From the NCBI GenBank assembly GCA_937877455.1, contig CALFIU010000177.1, forward strand, positions 13,769 through 77,768: 64,000 nucleotides of DNA. Direction: 5' to 3'. Positions 1 to 9,436 of this stretch are shown here, piece by piece. The translations under genes were made by a program, and so were the position numbers. The first letter of the stretch is position 1. Each line of letters starts with the position of its first letter. The notes under the pieces are model-generated. The model saw only the letters and a list, made by a program, of their open reading frames with translations, had not been told where the DNA came from and did not search any database. The stretch comes from an uncultured Bacteroidales bacterium. GTDB lineage: Bacteria > Bacteroidota > Bacteroidia > Bacteroidales > UBA3824.

Positions 1-473
1 GGTGCGAAACCAATTGGAGTCTTCTTCGTCATAATATACCTAAAAATCCATCTGTTTATCTTTCGGCAACCAACCAACTTGTTGATAGTTTGATTGATTG
101 CCTAAATGTTGATATATCGAGATTGTATATTACTGGTATGTCGATGGGTGGTTTTGGAACTTGGGACTTAATTTCTCGCTATCCTCAAAAATTTGCGGCT
201 GCAATTCCAATTTGTGGAGGAGCTGATGAAAATATGGCTTGTAGGCTAAAAGACATTCCAATAAGAACTTACCATGGCGCAATTGATAAATTGGTAAAAG
301 TTAGTAGAACGCGCAACATTGTGACGGCTATTAGAAATTGTGGTGGCAAAAAAATCTATTACAAAGAATATCCAAAATCGGGTCATTTAATATGGAACAA
401 AGTTTATGCCGAGCCAGGATTGTTTGAATGGTTGTTTAGTCAAAAAAAAGATATTAACCTTGATTATAAATAA
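1..473 (+). CDS. alpha/beta-hydrolase fold serine esterase (carboxylesterase / prolyl-oligopeptidase-like); 5' end lies outside the window
   Basis: The frame is open from nt 3 to the left edge, so the track's TTG at 90 is internal. GMSMGG nucleophile elbow (GxSxG) and a C-terminal SGH motif. Confidence 0.7.
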   Translation, partial: CETNWSLLRHNIPKNPSVYLSATNQLVDSLIDCLNVDISRLYITGMSMGGFGTWDLISRYPQKFAAAIPICGGADENMACRLKDIPIRTYHGAIDKLVKVSRTRNIVTAIRNCGGKKIYYKEYPKSGHLIWNKVYAEPGLFEWLFSQKKDINLDYK

Positions 474-478
474 TTATT

Positions 479-1249
479 ATGAAAAATTCTCTTAGCATTG
501 TGTTTATGTTGCTAATTGTAACTGTTATTTTGACGGTTTATTCGCTTGTTAGTCCAAAACTTGAAGTGGCTGGGGTAGAAATAAAAAAATCAGAAATAGG
601 CACATTTCTCGTTGGTGATACCACACCTATATATATTGATGCAGCCATCGAGCACGAGGTTAGCAAAAAAACGGGCATTGATAGCAGTAGCCAACGTATT
701 TTGCTTATTGGCGATAGTATGTTGGAACAATTTAGATGGCGTTTACGTGATTATTGCGCCGAAAATGGGCACGAAATGCAATCTGTAATATGGTATAGTT
801 CTCAAACAGAGTGGTATGGTATTTCTGATACATTGAAATATTTTATTAATAAAACAAATCCAACATATATTATTTTAATTCTTGGTGCCAATGAATTGTT
901 TGTAAGCAACATAATTGCAAAACGTACACCTTATGTAAAACATATTCTCGAACAAATAGGCGACATACCTTTTATTTGGGTTGGACCCCCTAATTGGCGC
1001 GAAGATACAGGTATTAATACATTGATAGTCAACAATGTAGGAACAAGACGCTTTTTTCCTTCCAAAAATCTAACGTTTAAAAGATATGCCGATGGTGCGC
1101 ATCCTAAACCCGAATCGGCTTTTATGTGGATGGATAGCGTTGCCACTTTTATAATGCAAAAAAGTCGCTACCCAATTTTACTTAATACGCCAACAAAAAA
1201 ATATTTTGGTTCGCCAAACACAACTATCTTGCAACCGTGGAAACGTTGA
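479..1249 (+). CDS. membrane-anchored SGNH/GDSL-like hydrolase family protein
   Basis: ATG start with an N-terminal TM helix. LLIGDSM (block I Ser) and ILGANE motifs typical of SGNH hydrolases. Confidence 0.6.
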   Translation: MKNSLSIVFMLLIVTVILTVYSLVSPKLEVAGVEIKKSEIGTFLVGDTTPIYIDAAIEHEVSKKTGIDSSSQRILLIGDSMLEQFRWRLRDYCAENGHEMQSVIWYSSQTEWYGISDTLKYFINKTNPTYIILILGANELFVSNIIAKRTPYVKHILEQIGDIPFIWVGPPNWREDTGINTLIVNNVGTRRFFPSKNLTFKRYADGAHPKPESAFMWMDSVATFIMQKSRYPILLNTPTKKYFGSPNTTILQPWKR

Positions 1250-1344
1250 ATATTCAAAAAATACGATTGTTTAGATTATTTTTTAAAATTTATTTCTTAA
1301 AAAAAAATTAAACATTAACGGATTTTGATTTAAATATTTTGTTC

Positions 1345-1352
1345 TACATTTG
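1345..1352 (+). promoter_or_regulatory. Bacteroidota -7 promoter box TACATTTG (TAnnTTTG)
   Basis: Exact TAnnTTTG match 22 nt upstream of the ATG at 1374. Confidence 0.5.
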
Positions 1353-1373
1353 GAAAAATTTTAGAACTTTAAA

Positions 1374-2156
1374 ATGGGAAAAACAATTGTAGTTGCGTGG
1401 GATTTCTCCCAATATTCAGAATTTGCATTAAACTATGCTATTTATTTTGCCAACCACTTTAGGGCAGGAATAAAATTGGCTCATATTGCAAAAAATGATA
1501 AGGAGTTGGCAGAAACGGAACAAAAATTGCAAATAAAAATTAGAGAACTTGCTAAGATTTTCAATGGAGAAACTGGTTATCAAATAAAAACTGGAAATCT
1601 TTACACCGAAATAGGTCGTATAGCCGCCGAAAATTTTGCAATACTTGTTATAATGGGAACACCAGGAGCAAATGGTTTTCAAAAAATAACGGGTAGCAGG
1701 GCGTTAAGGGTTATTACAGGTAATGAAATTCCATTTTTGGTTATACATCGTGCCATGAAACAACAACTAAAAAGAGTTCTTTTTTTGGTTGGCGACAATA
1801 AAGAAACGTTACAAAAACTACCACAAGCAAAGTTTTTGTCTGACAATTTTTCGGGGTTGACTTTTGAAGTTTGTTATCTTGATGTTTTTGCGTTACATCC
1901 TAATATTTCGGTAGTTACAGAGTTTTTTGATAAACAAAAAATAAAATACGAAAAAAAGGTTTTAAAAGGTAAAAATTTACATGAAGCAGCAACAGAATAT
2001 TTAAAAAACGGAGCTGTTTGCAACATGGCGATAACAATGACATCAAAAAATCCAAGTATCGCAGATAGGTTTTTGGGTATTGATGAAGAAAAAATTATTT
2101 TCAACGATGCAAAAATTCCTGTTATGTGCATAAATCTAAAGCAAGAAATTTTATAG
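1374..2156 (+). CDS. universal stress protein (tandem UspA domains)
   Basis: 260 aa. The N-terminus (IVVAWDFSQYSEFALNYA) and overall two-domain Usp layout match the family. Confidence 0.75.
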   Translation: MGKTIVVAWDFSQYSEFALNYAIYFANHFRAGIKLAHIAKNDKELAETEQKLQIKIRELAKIFNGETGYQIKTGNLYTEIGRIAAENFAILVIMGTPGANGFQKITGSRALRVITGNEIPFLVIHRAMKQQLKRVLFLVGDNKETLQKLPQAKFLSDNFSGLTFEVCYLDVFALHPNISVVTEFFDKQKIKYEKKVLKGKNLHEAATEYLKNGAVCNMAITMTSKNPSIADRFLGIDEEKIIFNDAKIPVMCINLKQEIL

Positions 2157-2198
2157 TTTTAATTGCAAAATAAAAAAAAATAAATAAATTTGGCATTA

Positions 2199-2206
2199 TA
2201 AATTTG
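2199..2206 (+). promoter_or_regulatory. -7 promoter box TAAATTTG
   Basis: TAnnTTTG match 24 nt upstream of the ATG at 2230. Confidence 0.5.
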
Positions 2207-2229
2207 CAATTTTATCCATTAGGCATAAT

Positions 2230-3849
2230 ATGTCAAACAATGGCGGAATAACAACGGAATACGCAGGCTCTAAGTTTCTTAATCGCTTGCCAATAATGTC
2301 AGCAATATTGTTTTCAGTATTGTTTATAGTTATTCTTGTGCAAGAATACTATATGTTTTTGCAGCAAGGAGATGGGTCTGCATTGCATTTTTTTAAATAC
2401 ATATTAGACATTCCATGGATGTTTATTGCCAATATCGCTTTTATTATTATTGCGATTATAGCTGTAAAACAGATGATTAAATATCGCAAAAATTTAGAAT
2501 TTAGCCGAATGTATATGTTTTTTTCAAATTTGGCTAACATTCCTATTTTAGTTTTGAAAAACGATAGAACCCTATTTTGGAACAATTTAGAATCAATAAG
2601 TTTTTTAAAAAAACAAAATCCCCAAACGTTGGTTTTAAACATTTTTGAAGACAAAATTGCATGTGAAAAAATGGATGATTGTTTCAAAACTGGCAAATCT
2701 ACATATTACGAAAAAACTATAAAAATCGACTCTATAAATTATTGGTTTCATATAACATTTACAAAAATAAATAATTATAAAAACAATGCCTTAGTTTCGG
2801 CAACAATGTCCGACATTTCTAACATGAAAGAGGCAAACGAAAAAATTGATAACCAACAACGAGAACTTCAGATGCAAACCGAAATGCTGTCGCTAATTAC
2901 AGCACAAATGGAGGTTCAACAAGCTGGAATAAAAGAGCAAAACGAATTGTTAAGCGAACAGCATAAACAACTCGAACAACAAGCCAGAATGTTGCAAGAT
3001 GCAAACGATGAACTTGAATATCGTAATAAACAAATAATAACAAAAAACAGTTACATAACCGACAGCATAAGATATGCACAAACGATACAAGAGGCTATGC
3101 TTCCTGCATCTAACCAATTGGAAAACAATTTTTTCAATAATTTTATTATCTACAAACCAAAAGATATTGTTAGCGGTGATTTTTATTGGTATTCCATAAA
3201 TGAAGAATACGTTTATGCTGTACTTGGCGATTGTACAGGACATGGTGTTCCTGGTGCATTTATGAGTATGATAGGTACAAGAATTCTTGGCGAACTCATA
3301 AACGAAAACAAAATGGATAGGCCGTCAGTTATATTAGAAACCATGCACGAACGCATTGTTGCAGCACTAAAACAAGACGAAACCGAAAATAACGATGGCA
3401 TGGACATTGCAATTTGTCGTATAAAAAAAGTATCCGCACAAGACCATGATTACGAACTTAAATATGCAGGAGCAAAACAACCAATTTTTATAAAACGAAA
3501 AGGGGTTGACGAAGTTGAACAAGCACCTGCCGATAGACGCGGAATTGGAGGACATTCGTACGCTAATTTTTTCTTTTTTGAAGACCGTGATTATTACCTC
3601 AATATTGGTGACAGAATTTACCTTACCACCGATGGTATAAAAGACCAAAACAATATGCTTAGAAAAAGGTTTGGTACAAAACGTCTTGAAATGATGCTTT
3701 CTATAACATCAACACTCAACATTCGCGACCAAAAAATTTTTATTGACAATATCATTAACAATTGGCAAGGTCTTGAAGAACAACGCGATGATATTTCTCT
3801 TTGGGGTATAGAACTTGGTGAGCATCAGCCCTCTCCTTATTCTAATTGA
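2230..3849 (+). CDS. membrane-bound PP2C/SpoIIE-family serine phosphatase with PAS-like region and Q/E-rich coiled coil
   Basis: Two N-terminal TM segments and a long coiled coil (QQRELQMQTEML...). SGDFYWY and GDCTGHGVPGAFMSMIG motifs are diagnostic of RsbU/SpoIIE PP2C phosphatases. Confidence 0.85.
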   Translation: MSNNGGITTEYAGSKFLNRLPIMSAILFSVLFIVILVQEYYMFLQQGDGSALHFFKYILDIPWMFIANIAFIIIAIIAVKQMIKYRKNLEFSRMYMFFSNLANIPILVLKNDRTLFWNNLESISFLKKQNPQTLVLNIFEDKIACEKMDDCFKTGKSTYYEKTIKIDSINYWFHITFTKINNYKNNALVSATMSDISNMKEANEKIDNQQRELQMQTEMLSLITAQMEVQQAGIKEQNELLSEQHKQLEQQARMLQDANDELEYRNKQIITKNSYITDSIRYAQTIQEAMLPASNQLENNFFNNFIIYKPKDIVSGDFYWYSINEEYVYAVLGDCTGHGVPGAFMSMIGTRILGELINENKMDRPSVILETMHERIVAALKQDETENNDGMDIAICRIKKVSAQDHDYELKYAGAKQPIFIKRKGVDEVEQAPADRRGIGGHSYANFFFFEDRDYYLNIGDRIYLTTDGIKDQNNMLRKRFGTKRLEMMLSITSTLNIRDQKIFIDNIINNWQGLEEQRDDISLWGIELGEHQPSPYSN

Positions 3850-3853
3850 ATTT

Positions 3854-5092
3854 TTATTTAAAGCCAACCACCTTGGCTGGTTGCATCTTAGAAATTACAA
3901 AACTTGGAAAAACAAGCATAAAACTCATAACAACCATTGTCGCAAAATCTATTGCTAAAAAGTACCAAAAATGAAGGCTTACTGGCACATGATCAACATA
4001 ATAAGAAGTTGGATCAAGACCAATCAAATTGAATTTTTGTTGAATAAAAATCAAAACCAAAGCCACCACGTTACCAATTAATATGCCTTTACCAGTAATG
4101 TAGAGCGATTGAATAATAAATATTTTTCTAATTAGCCAATTACGCGCGCCAATTGATTTCATAATACCTATCATGGCTGTGCGTTCAAAAATAATTATTA
4201 GCATTGCTGTTGACATGTTTACTAATGCAACAAAAAACATTATGCTAAGCACAACCCAAACATTCATTTCGGTAAGCGTTAGCCAATCAAAAAGTTGTCG
4301 ATTGGTATCTTTAACATTTTGTACACGTAGCATACTGCCATCCTCGGCAATTTGGTACCCTGCATAATCGCGTACAACCGATGTCATTTCGTCAAGTTTG
4401 CCAAAATCATCAATCATAACTTCAAAACCAGTAACTTTACCATCTTGCCAGTTGTTAAGTTTTTGAATATCAAGCAAATCTACAATACAAAAAAGTTTAT
4501 CATATTCTTCGAGCCCAGTTTGGTAAATTCCCGAAACAACATATTTCCTCATTCTTGGTGGATTTTGAATAAAATATGCTGCAAGATTGTCGCCAATTTT
4601 TAGATTGAGCATATCAGCTATTTTCTTTGATATTACAACATTATTGTTTTTAATACTGTCGTTTGTTTTAAAAACCTTACCTTCAACGAGATTTTTTTCA
4701 AAAAAAGACCAATCATACTCACTACCCACACCTTTTAAAATAACACCGCATATTTCAACACCTGATTTCAATATAGCAGGTTTTGCTGCGTAACGTTGGA
4801 TATGACTAATACCATCTTCGTTTTCGATTGATGGAAAAAAATTTTGGCAACCATCAACTGGAAAAGTTTCGTAGTTGGCAGCAGATTCGCGATTTACAAT
4901 ATTAATTGTAGAACCAAAACCAACCACTTTTTCCATAATTTCGTTTTTAAAGCCAATGATAATGGCCATGCTTATTACCATAACAGCCACGCTCAACGAC
5001 ACAGCAGCAACAGCAATTTTCACCACCGAACTTGATGCCGAACCAGTTTTGCTGCGTACCATACGCGAAGCCATGAAAATTTCGAGTTTCAA
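3854..5092 (-). CDS. LolC/LolE-type lipoprotein-release ABC transporter permease (FtsX/MacB fold)
   Basis: 412 aa. The N-terminus EIFMASR...SSVVKIAV resembles the LolE FIA-R-Y pattern, and there is a C-terminal FtsX-like 3-TM bundle. The start at 5092 is TTG; an alternative ATG lies at 5074. Confidence 0.8.
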   Translation of the reverse strand: MKLEIFMASRMVRSKTGSASSSVVKIAVAAVSLSVAVMVISMAIIIGFKNEIMEKVVGFGSTINIVNRESAANYETFPVDGCQNFFPSIENEDGISHIQRYAAKPAILKSGVEICGVILKGVGSEYDWSFFEKNLVEGKVFKTNDSIKNNNVVISKKIADMLNLKIGDNLAAYFIQNPPRMRKYVVSGIYQTGLEEYDKLFCIVDLLDIQKLNNWQDGKVTGFEVMIDDFGKLDEMTSVVRDYAGYQIAEDGSMLRVQNVKDTNRQLFDWLTLTEMNVWVVLSIMFFVALVNMSTAMLIIIFERTAMIGIMKSIGARNWLIRKIFIIQSLYITGKGILIGNVVALVLIFIQQKFNLIGLDPTSYYVDHVPVSLHFWYFLAIDFATMVVMSFMLVFPSFVISKMQPAKVVGFK

Positions 5093-5118
5093 TTTTTCTT
5101 GTGTTAAAAATTATGGTG

Positions 5119-5126
5119 CAAAATTA
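5119..5126 (-). promoter_or_regulatory. -7 promoter box TAATTTTG (minus strand)
   Basis: The plus strand reads CAAAATTA, 27 nt upstream of the start at 5092. Confidence 0.5.
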
Positions 5127-5231
5127 GAGTTTTTTTTCACATTAACATAATCGTAACATAAAATAAAGCCATCGTTAAAATAAAAAAAACTATTTTTGCA
5201 ACGAAAAAATGTTTTAGAAAAAACTATAATT

Positions 5232-6071
5232 ATGTATAATCTTTTAAAAGGAAAAAAAGGAATAATCTTTGGTGCGTTGGATCCACAATCCATCGCTTGG
5301 CACATAGCGGAAAAATGTTGGGAAGAAGGCGCGGAGTTTACGCTTTCAAACACACCTGTTGCTCTCCGTATGGGTACGTTGAACCAATTGGCTCAAAAAA
5401 CTGGTTCTGAGGTTATTCCTGCCGATGCCACAAATGTTGAAGATTTGGAAAATGTTTTTAAGAGAACGTTGGAAAAATTTGGTGGACAAATAGACTTTGT
5501 ACTTCATTCTATTGGAATGTCGCTCAATGTTAGAAAAAACCGACCCTACGACGATGTGGATTATAATTTTTACGCCAAAACAATGGATATTTCGGCTTTT
5601 TCGTTTCATAAAATTTTGCAAACTGCATATAAACTTGATGCAATAAAAGAATGGGGGTCTGTGGTTGCGCTTACGTATGTGGCTGGACAACGCACATTCT
5701 ATCGTTACAACGACATGGCCGATGCAAAAGCATTACTCGAATCAATTGCTCGTAGTTTTGGTTACATATACGGTCGCGAACGTAAAGTGCGCATCAACAC
5801 CATTTCGCAGTCGCCAACGATGACTACTGCTGGTAGCGGTGTAAAAGGTATTGACAATCTTATGGACTATAGCGATAGAATGTCGCCGCTTGGAAATGCC
5901 GATGCAGAAGATTGTGCAAATTATTGCATAACACTATTTTCTGATCTTACAAAAAAGGTAACTATGCAAAATCTTTACAACGATGGCGGTTTTTCAAGTA
6001 TGGGTATGAGCCAAAAGGCTATGAACGTGTATAACCAAAGTCTTGAAATGGGTGGCGAGTTACTCGACTAA
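5232..6071 (+). CDS. fabI: enoyl-[acyl-carrier-protein] reductase (NADH), FabI
   Basis: The MYNLLKGKKGIIFGA N-terminus and SDR fold with FabI-type motifs support the call. I prefer the ATG at 5232 over the track's TTG at 5196. Confidence 0.9.
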   Translation: MYNLLKGKKGIIFGALDPQSIAWHIAEKCWEEGAEFTLSNTPVALRMGTLNQLAQKTGSEVIPADATNVEDLENVFKRTLEKFGGQIDFVLHSIGMSLNVRKNRPYDDVDYNFYAKTMDISAFSFHKILQTAYKLDAIKEWGSVVALTYVAGQRTFYRYNDMADAKALLESIARSFGYIYGRERKVRINTISQSPTMTTAGSGVKGIDNLMDYSDRMSPLGNADAEDCANYCITLFSDLTKKVTMQNLYNDGGFSSMGMSQKAMNVYNQSLEMGGELLD

Positions 6072-6080
6072 TTTTTTACT

Positions 6081-6169
6081 TTCGCAAGTAATTTTGTTAG
6101 TAAATATAAGTAATAACTTACAAGAATTTATATTTTTGTAGGTAATTATTATACAAAATTACTTGCGAA
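6081..6169 (+). terminator. long-range stem-loop / probable fabI terminator
   Basis: A perfect 17-bp inverted repeat, TTCGCAAGTAATTTTGT (6081-6097) and ACAAAATTACTTGCGAA (6153-6169), is followed by TTTTTTT. Confidence 0.55.
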
Positions 6170-6189
6170 TTTTTTTATAATTTTCAACT

Positions 6190-7104
6190 ATGAATTTAAT
6201 TGCGGTTCTTGGTCCAACGGCTGGCGGAAAAACTTCTTTTGCGGCACATTTGGCAGCAGAATTAAAAACAGAAGTTATTAGTGCAGATTCTCGTCAGATT
6301 TATCGTGGAATGGACATTGGAACGGGAAAAGACTTACAAGATTATTTTATCGACGGCAAACAAATAAAATGTCATCTTACCGACATTGTTGATGCTGGTG
6401 TTAAATATAATCTTTTTGAATATCAAAAAGAATTTTTCAAAGTTTTTGTTGATATGCAGAACCGCAATCTTTTACCAGTTTTGTGCGGTGGCACAGGGTT
6501 GTATTTAGAATCTGTGGTGCGCAACTACAAACTTATTGATGTGCCACAAAATCCAAGTTTGAGACAAGATTTGGAGAAATATTCGCTATCTGAACTTAAA
6601 GATATGCTTCAAAAAATGAAAACGCTGCACAATAACACCGATACCGATACAAAAAAAAGGGCAATTAGAGCCATTGAAATAGAAACATTTATCAAAGAAA
6701 ATCCAATGGTTGTTCCTTCTTATCCTAAAATTGAACCTCTGATTTTTGGAATAAAAAATCCTCGCGATGTTGAAAGAGAAAAAATTGCATTTCGTTTGAA
6801 AGAACGTCTTGAAAATGGGATGGTTGAAGAGATAGAAGGATTACTAAAAAATGGTGTATCGGAAGAAACCCTTATTTATTATGGTCTTGAATATAAGTTT
6901 GTTACGCTTTATATTACTGGCAAACTTAGTTATTCTGAAATGCAATCGCTACTTGAAATAGCCATCTGCCAATTTGCAAAAAGGCAGATGACATGGTTTA
7001 GACGTATGGAACGTATGGGGATAAAAATCAATTGGATTGACGGTAGATTGCCAATGGAAAAAAAGATTTCTTTTGCCAACGACATTATAAACAATTGCTT
7101 ATAA
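6190..7104 (+). CDS. miaA: tRNA dimethylallyltransferase MiaA
   Basis: P-loop GPTAGGKT followed by SADSRQIYRGMDIGTGK, the MiaA signature. Confidence 0.92.
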   Translation: MNLIAVLGPTAGGKTSFAAHLAAELKTEVISADSRQIYRGMDIGTGKDLQDYFIDGKQIKCHLTDIVDAGVKYNLFEYQKEFFKVFVDMQNRNLLPVLCGGTGLYLESVVRNYKLIDVPQNPSLRQDLEKYSLSELKDMLQKMKTLHNNTDTDTKKRAIRAIEIETFIKENPMVVPSYPKIEPLIFGIKNPRDVEREKIAFRLKERLENGMVEEIEGLLKNGVSEETLIYYGLEYKFVTLYITGKLSYSEMQSLLEIAICQFAKRQMTWFRRMERMGIKINWIDGRLPMEKKISFANDIINNCL

Positions 7105-7953
7105 AACAATATCAATAATATCAAAAAAAGCAAAAATTATTGAAGCAATACCGTTAAATGTTCCAAAAGCAACGTTTACACGCGAAAGGTCGTTTGGCTT
7201 TACAATTGAATGTTGACGAATAATTAGCATTATAAAAATTGCTGCTCCAATAGAGAAAAACATACCTGCACTTTGTAAATATCCTGCCACCAATACCAAA
7301 ATACAAGACACAATATGGTCGGCAAGCGACAATCTCAATGCGCCTTTTATGCCAAATTTTTCTGGAATGGAATGTAAATTTTGCTGAGTATCAAAATTTG
7401 CATCTTGTAATGAGTATATAATATCAAAACCACTCACCCATGTTAAAACAATTAATGAATATACAACTGGTAAAACTGCAAAATGCCCTGTTACAGCGAG
7501 ATACGCTCCAAGCGGTGCCAACGCAAGACCACAGCCAAGAACAAAATGACATAGCGAAGTAAATCTTTTGGTGTAACTATAAATCATAACTGTAAGTATT
7601 GCCACTGGCGACAAATAAAATACAAGCCTATTTATAAAAAAAGTTGTGGTTATAAATAGAATAATGTTTATTACAACAAAAATTAATGCGTTTTTTGCAG
7701 AAATTTTTCCAGCAGGTATTTCACGATTTTTTGTGCGAGGGTTTTTTGCATCAATATTTCTATCCAAGTATCTGTTGAATCCCATTGCGGTGTTTCTTGC
7801 AAATACCATACACAAAACAACTTGCAAAAGTAAAATCCATTTAAACTCGGTTTCCATCATTCCAAGGCAAAAGCCAATTAATGCAAATGGCATTGCAAAA
7901 ACCGTATGTGCAAATCTCACTAACGAAAAATATTCTTTAACCTTTTCAAACAT
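7099..7953 (-). CDS. UbiA-family aromatic prenyltransferase (4-hydroxybenzoate polyprenyltransferase-like)
   Basis: 284 aa and polytopic. NRYLDRNIDAKNPRTKNR and a second Asp-rich motif (DANFD) are present. Its 3' end overlaps the miaA stop by 6 nt in convergent orientation. Confidence 0.8.
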   Translation of the reverse strand: MFEKVKEYFSLVRFAHTVFAMPFALIGFCLGMMETEFKWILLLQVVLCMVFARNTAMGFNRYLDRNIDAKNPRTKNREIPAGKISAKNALIFVVINIILFITTTFFINRLVFYLSPVAILTVMIYSYTKRFTSLCHFVLGCGLALAPLGAYLAVTGHFAVLPVVYSLIVLTWVSGFDIIYSLQDANFDTQQNLHSIPEKFGIKGALRLSLADHIVSCILVLVAGYLQSAGMFFSIGAAIFIMLIIRQHSIVKPNDLSRVNVAFGTFNGIASIIFAFFDIIDIVL

Positions 7954-7983
7954 TTTATTATAAAGTTACTTTTTTTATAAATA

Positions 7984-8031
7984 AAAAAACACGCCATCGC
8001 AAATTTTGTTTTTTGCGAAACAGCGTGTTTT
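7984..8031 (-). terminator. rho-independent terminator after the rluB-like gene
   Basis: Nested hairpin (AAACACGC...GCGTGTTT enclosing TCGCAAA...TTTGCGA) with a T-run on the minus strand. Confidence 0.6.
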
Positions 8032-8046
8032 TCGATTCTTTTTTAA

Positions 8047-9333
8047 TTATTCAATGGCACTTTTAACGTCGCCGTAAGGCATATCTTTTGCGTTTTTGTT
8101 GCTTACCATCTGCAAAAATCCAACTTCTGCATCGGTTAAAAATCTCCAATGACCACGAGTAAGTCCGCGTTTGTCAAGTCCTGCAAACATTACACGGTCG
8201 AGTTTCTTAACTTCATAACCCAAATGTTCAAAAATTCTACGAACAATACGATTTCTACCAGAATGTATGCGAATTCCAATTTCCGACTTGCTTTGTCCGT
8301 CAATGTAAGCTATTTCGTCCGCTTTTATAAAACCGTCTTCGAGTTCAAAACCGTCAAATATTTTTTGCATATCGGGCATACTGAGGTTTTTGTCGAGCGA
8401 TACATGATAAATTTTTTGCACCTCGTTCGACGGATGAGTTAGTTTTTTTGCCAAATCGCCATCGTTGGTAAAAAGTAACACGCCTGTTGTGTTTCTATCA
8501 AGCCTTCCAACCGGGTAAATACGTTCTTTACAAGCACCTTGTATAAGCTCCATCACGGTGTTGCGCGCATGAGGATCGCGAAGTGTGGTGATATAATCTT
8601 TGGGTTTGTTTAACAATAGATAACGTTTTTTTTCTGGTTTGATAGTCTGACCATTAAATTGAACTTCATCGGTTACACCTACTTTAATTCCCATTTCGGT
8701 AACAACCTTTCCATTTACGGTAACCATGCCAGTGGCTATCATACGGTCGGCTTCGCGACGAGAACACATTCCGCTATTAGCCAAAAATTTGTTTAGTCTA
8801 ATAGTTCCGTCAAAATTTATTTGGTCGTCTTCGCGTTCTGCTTGATTTTCTAATGATTTTTTCTTTCTGTCTTCATGGCTCCAATATTTACGATGGCGGA
8901 AACCATTTTCGTCAACGTAAGTATTTCCACTTCTGAAATTATCGTTCATATCATCGCCATCGTCAGAATAGCGTTTTTTATAACCGTTTGACCTATAGTT
9001 TTTTTGTTTGTGATCTTGATAGTTTCTATCGGAATTATAGTTTTTGTTATAGCGACGTTCTTGGCCATCGAAATTTCTTTTTTGAAAATCGTCATCGCCA
9101 TAATTTTGTCTTTTTTCACGACGGTTGTCAAACTTGTTGTGGCTTCGGTCTGATTTATTGGCATATCCGCGTTTTTTTTCATTTTCGGTATCGCGGTAGT
9201 AATAACCACCATCATCATTGCCACGATTTTTGTTGCCATCGAAATTTTTTTTTGCAAAATTGTTTCTTTTGCCATTATCGCGGGAATTTCTATCCTGATT
9301 GTTGGAATTGCCGCGAGAAAAATTATTTCCCAT
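8047..9333 (-). CDS. rluB: RluB/RsuA-family 23S rRNA pseudouridine synthase with ~185-aa N/R/D/K/G/Y-rich N-terminal extension
   Basis: S4 domain (RLNKFLANSGMCSRREADR) and catalytic GRLDRNTTGVLLFTNDG. I prefer the ATG at 9333, which has a -7 box upstream. Confidence 0.85.
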   Translation of the reverse strand: MGNNFSRGNSNNQDRNSRDNGKRNNFAKKNFDGNKNRGNDDGGYYYRDTENEKKRGYANKSDRSHNKFDNRREKRQNYGDDDFQKRNFDGQERRYNKNYNSDRNYQDHKQKNYRSNGYKKRYSDDGDDMNDNFRSGNTYVDENGFRHRKYWSHEDRKKKSLENQAEREDDQINFDGTIRLNKFLANSGMCSRREADRMIATGMVTVNGKVVTEMGIKVGVTDEVQFNGQTIKPEKKRYLLLNKPKDYITTLRDPHARNTVMELIQGACKERIYPVGRLDRNTTGVLLFTNDGDLAKKLTHPSNEVQKIYHVSLDKNLSMPDMQKIFDGFELEDGFIKADEIAYIDGQSKSEIGIRIHSGRNRIVRRIFEHLGYEVKKLDRVMFAGLDKRGLTRGHWRFLTDAEVGFLQMVSNKNAKDMPYGDVKSAIE

Positions 9334-9367
9334 TTTTTCTAAACTTATTTTTTGTAAAAACAACTTG

Positions 9368-9375
9368 CAAAATTA
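9368..9375 (-). promoter_or_regulatory. -7 promoter box TAATTTTG (minus strand)
   Basis: The plus strand reads CAAAATTA, 35 nt upstream of the ATG at 9333. Confidence 0.5.
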
Positions 9376-9409
9376 TGTTTTTTTTGCATAAAATAAACAA
9401 CAAAATGCT

Positions 9410-9417
9410 TACTTTTG
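9410..9417 (+). promoter_or_regulatory. -7 promoter box TACTTTTG
   Basis: TAnnTTTG match 20 nt upstream of the ATG at 9437. Confidence 0.5.
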
Positions 9418-9436
9418 CCTTAAATTTTTTCAATTA

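Noticed and set aside
1341-1367. 27-bp palindrome GTTCTACATTTGGAAAAATTTTAGAAC overlapping the usp promoter, resembling abutted family 1 MITE tips
   Set aside because: Only ~6-9 nt per arm match the MITE termini, which is too short in AT-rich DNA to distinguish an excision footprint or operator from chance.
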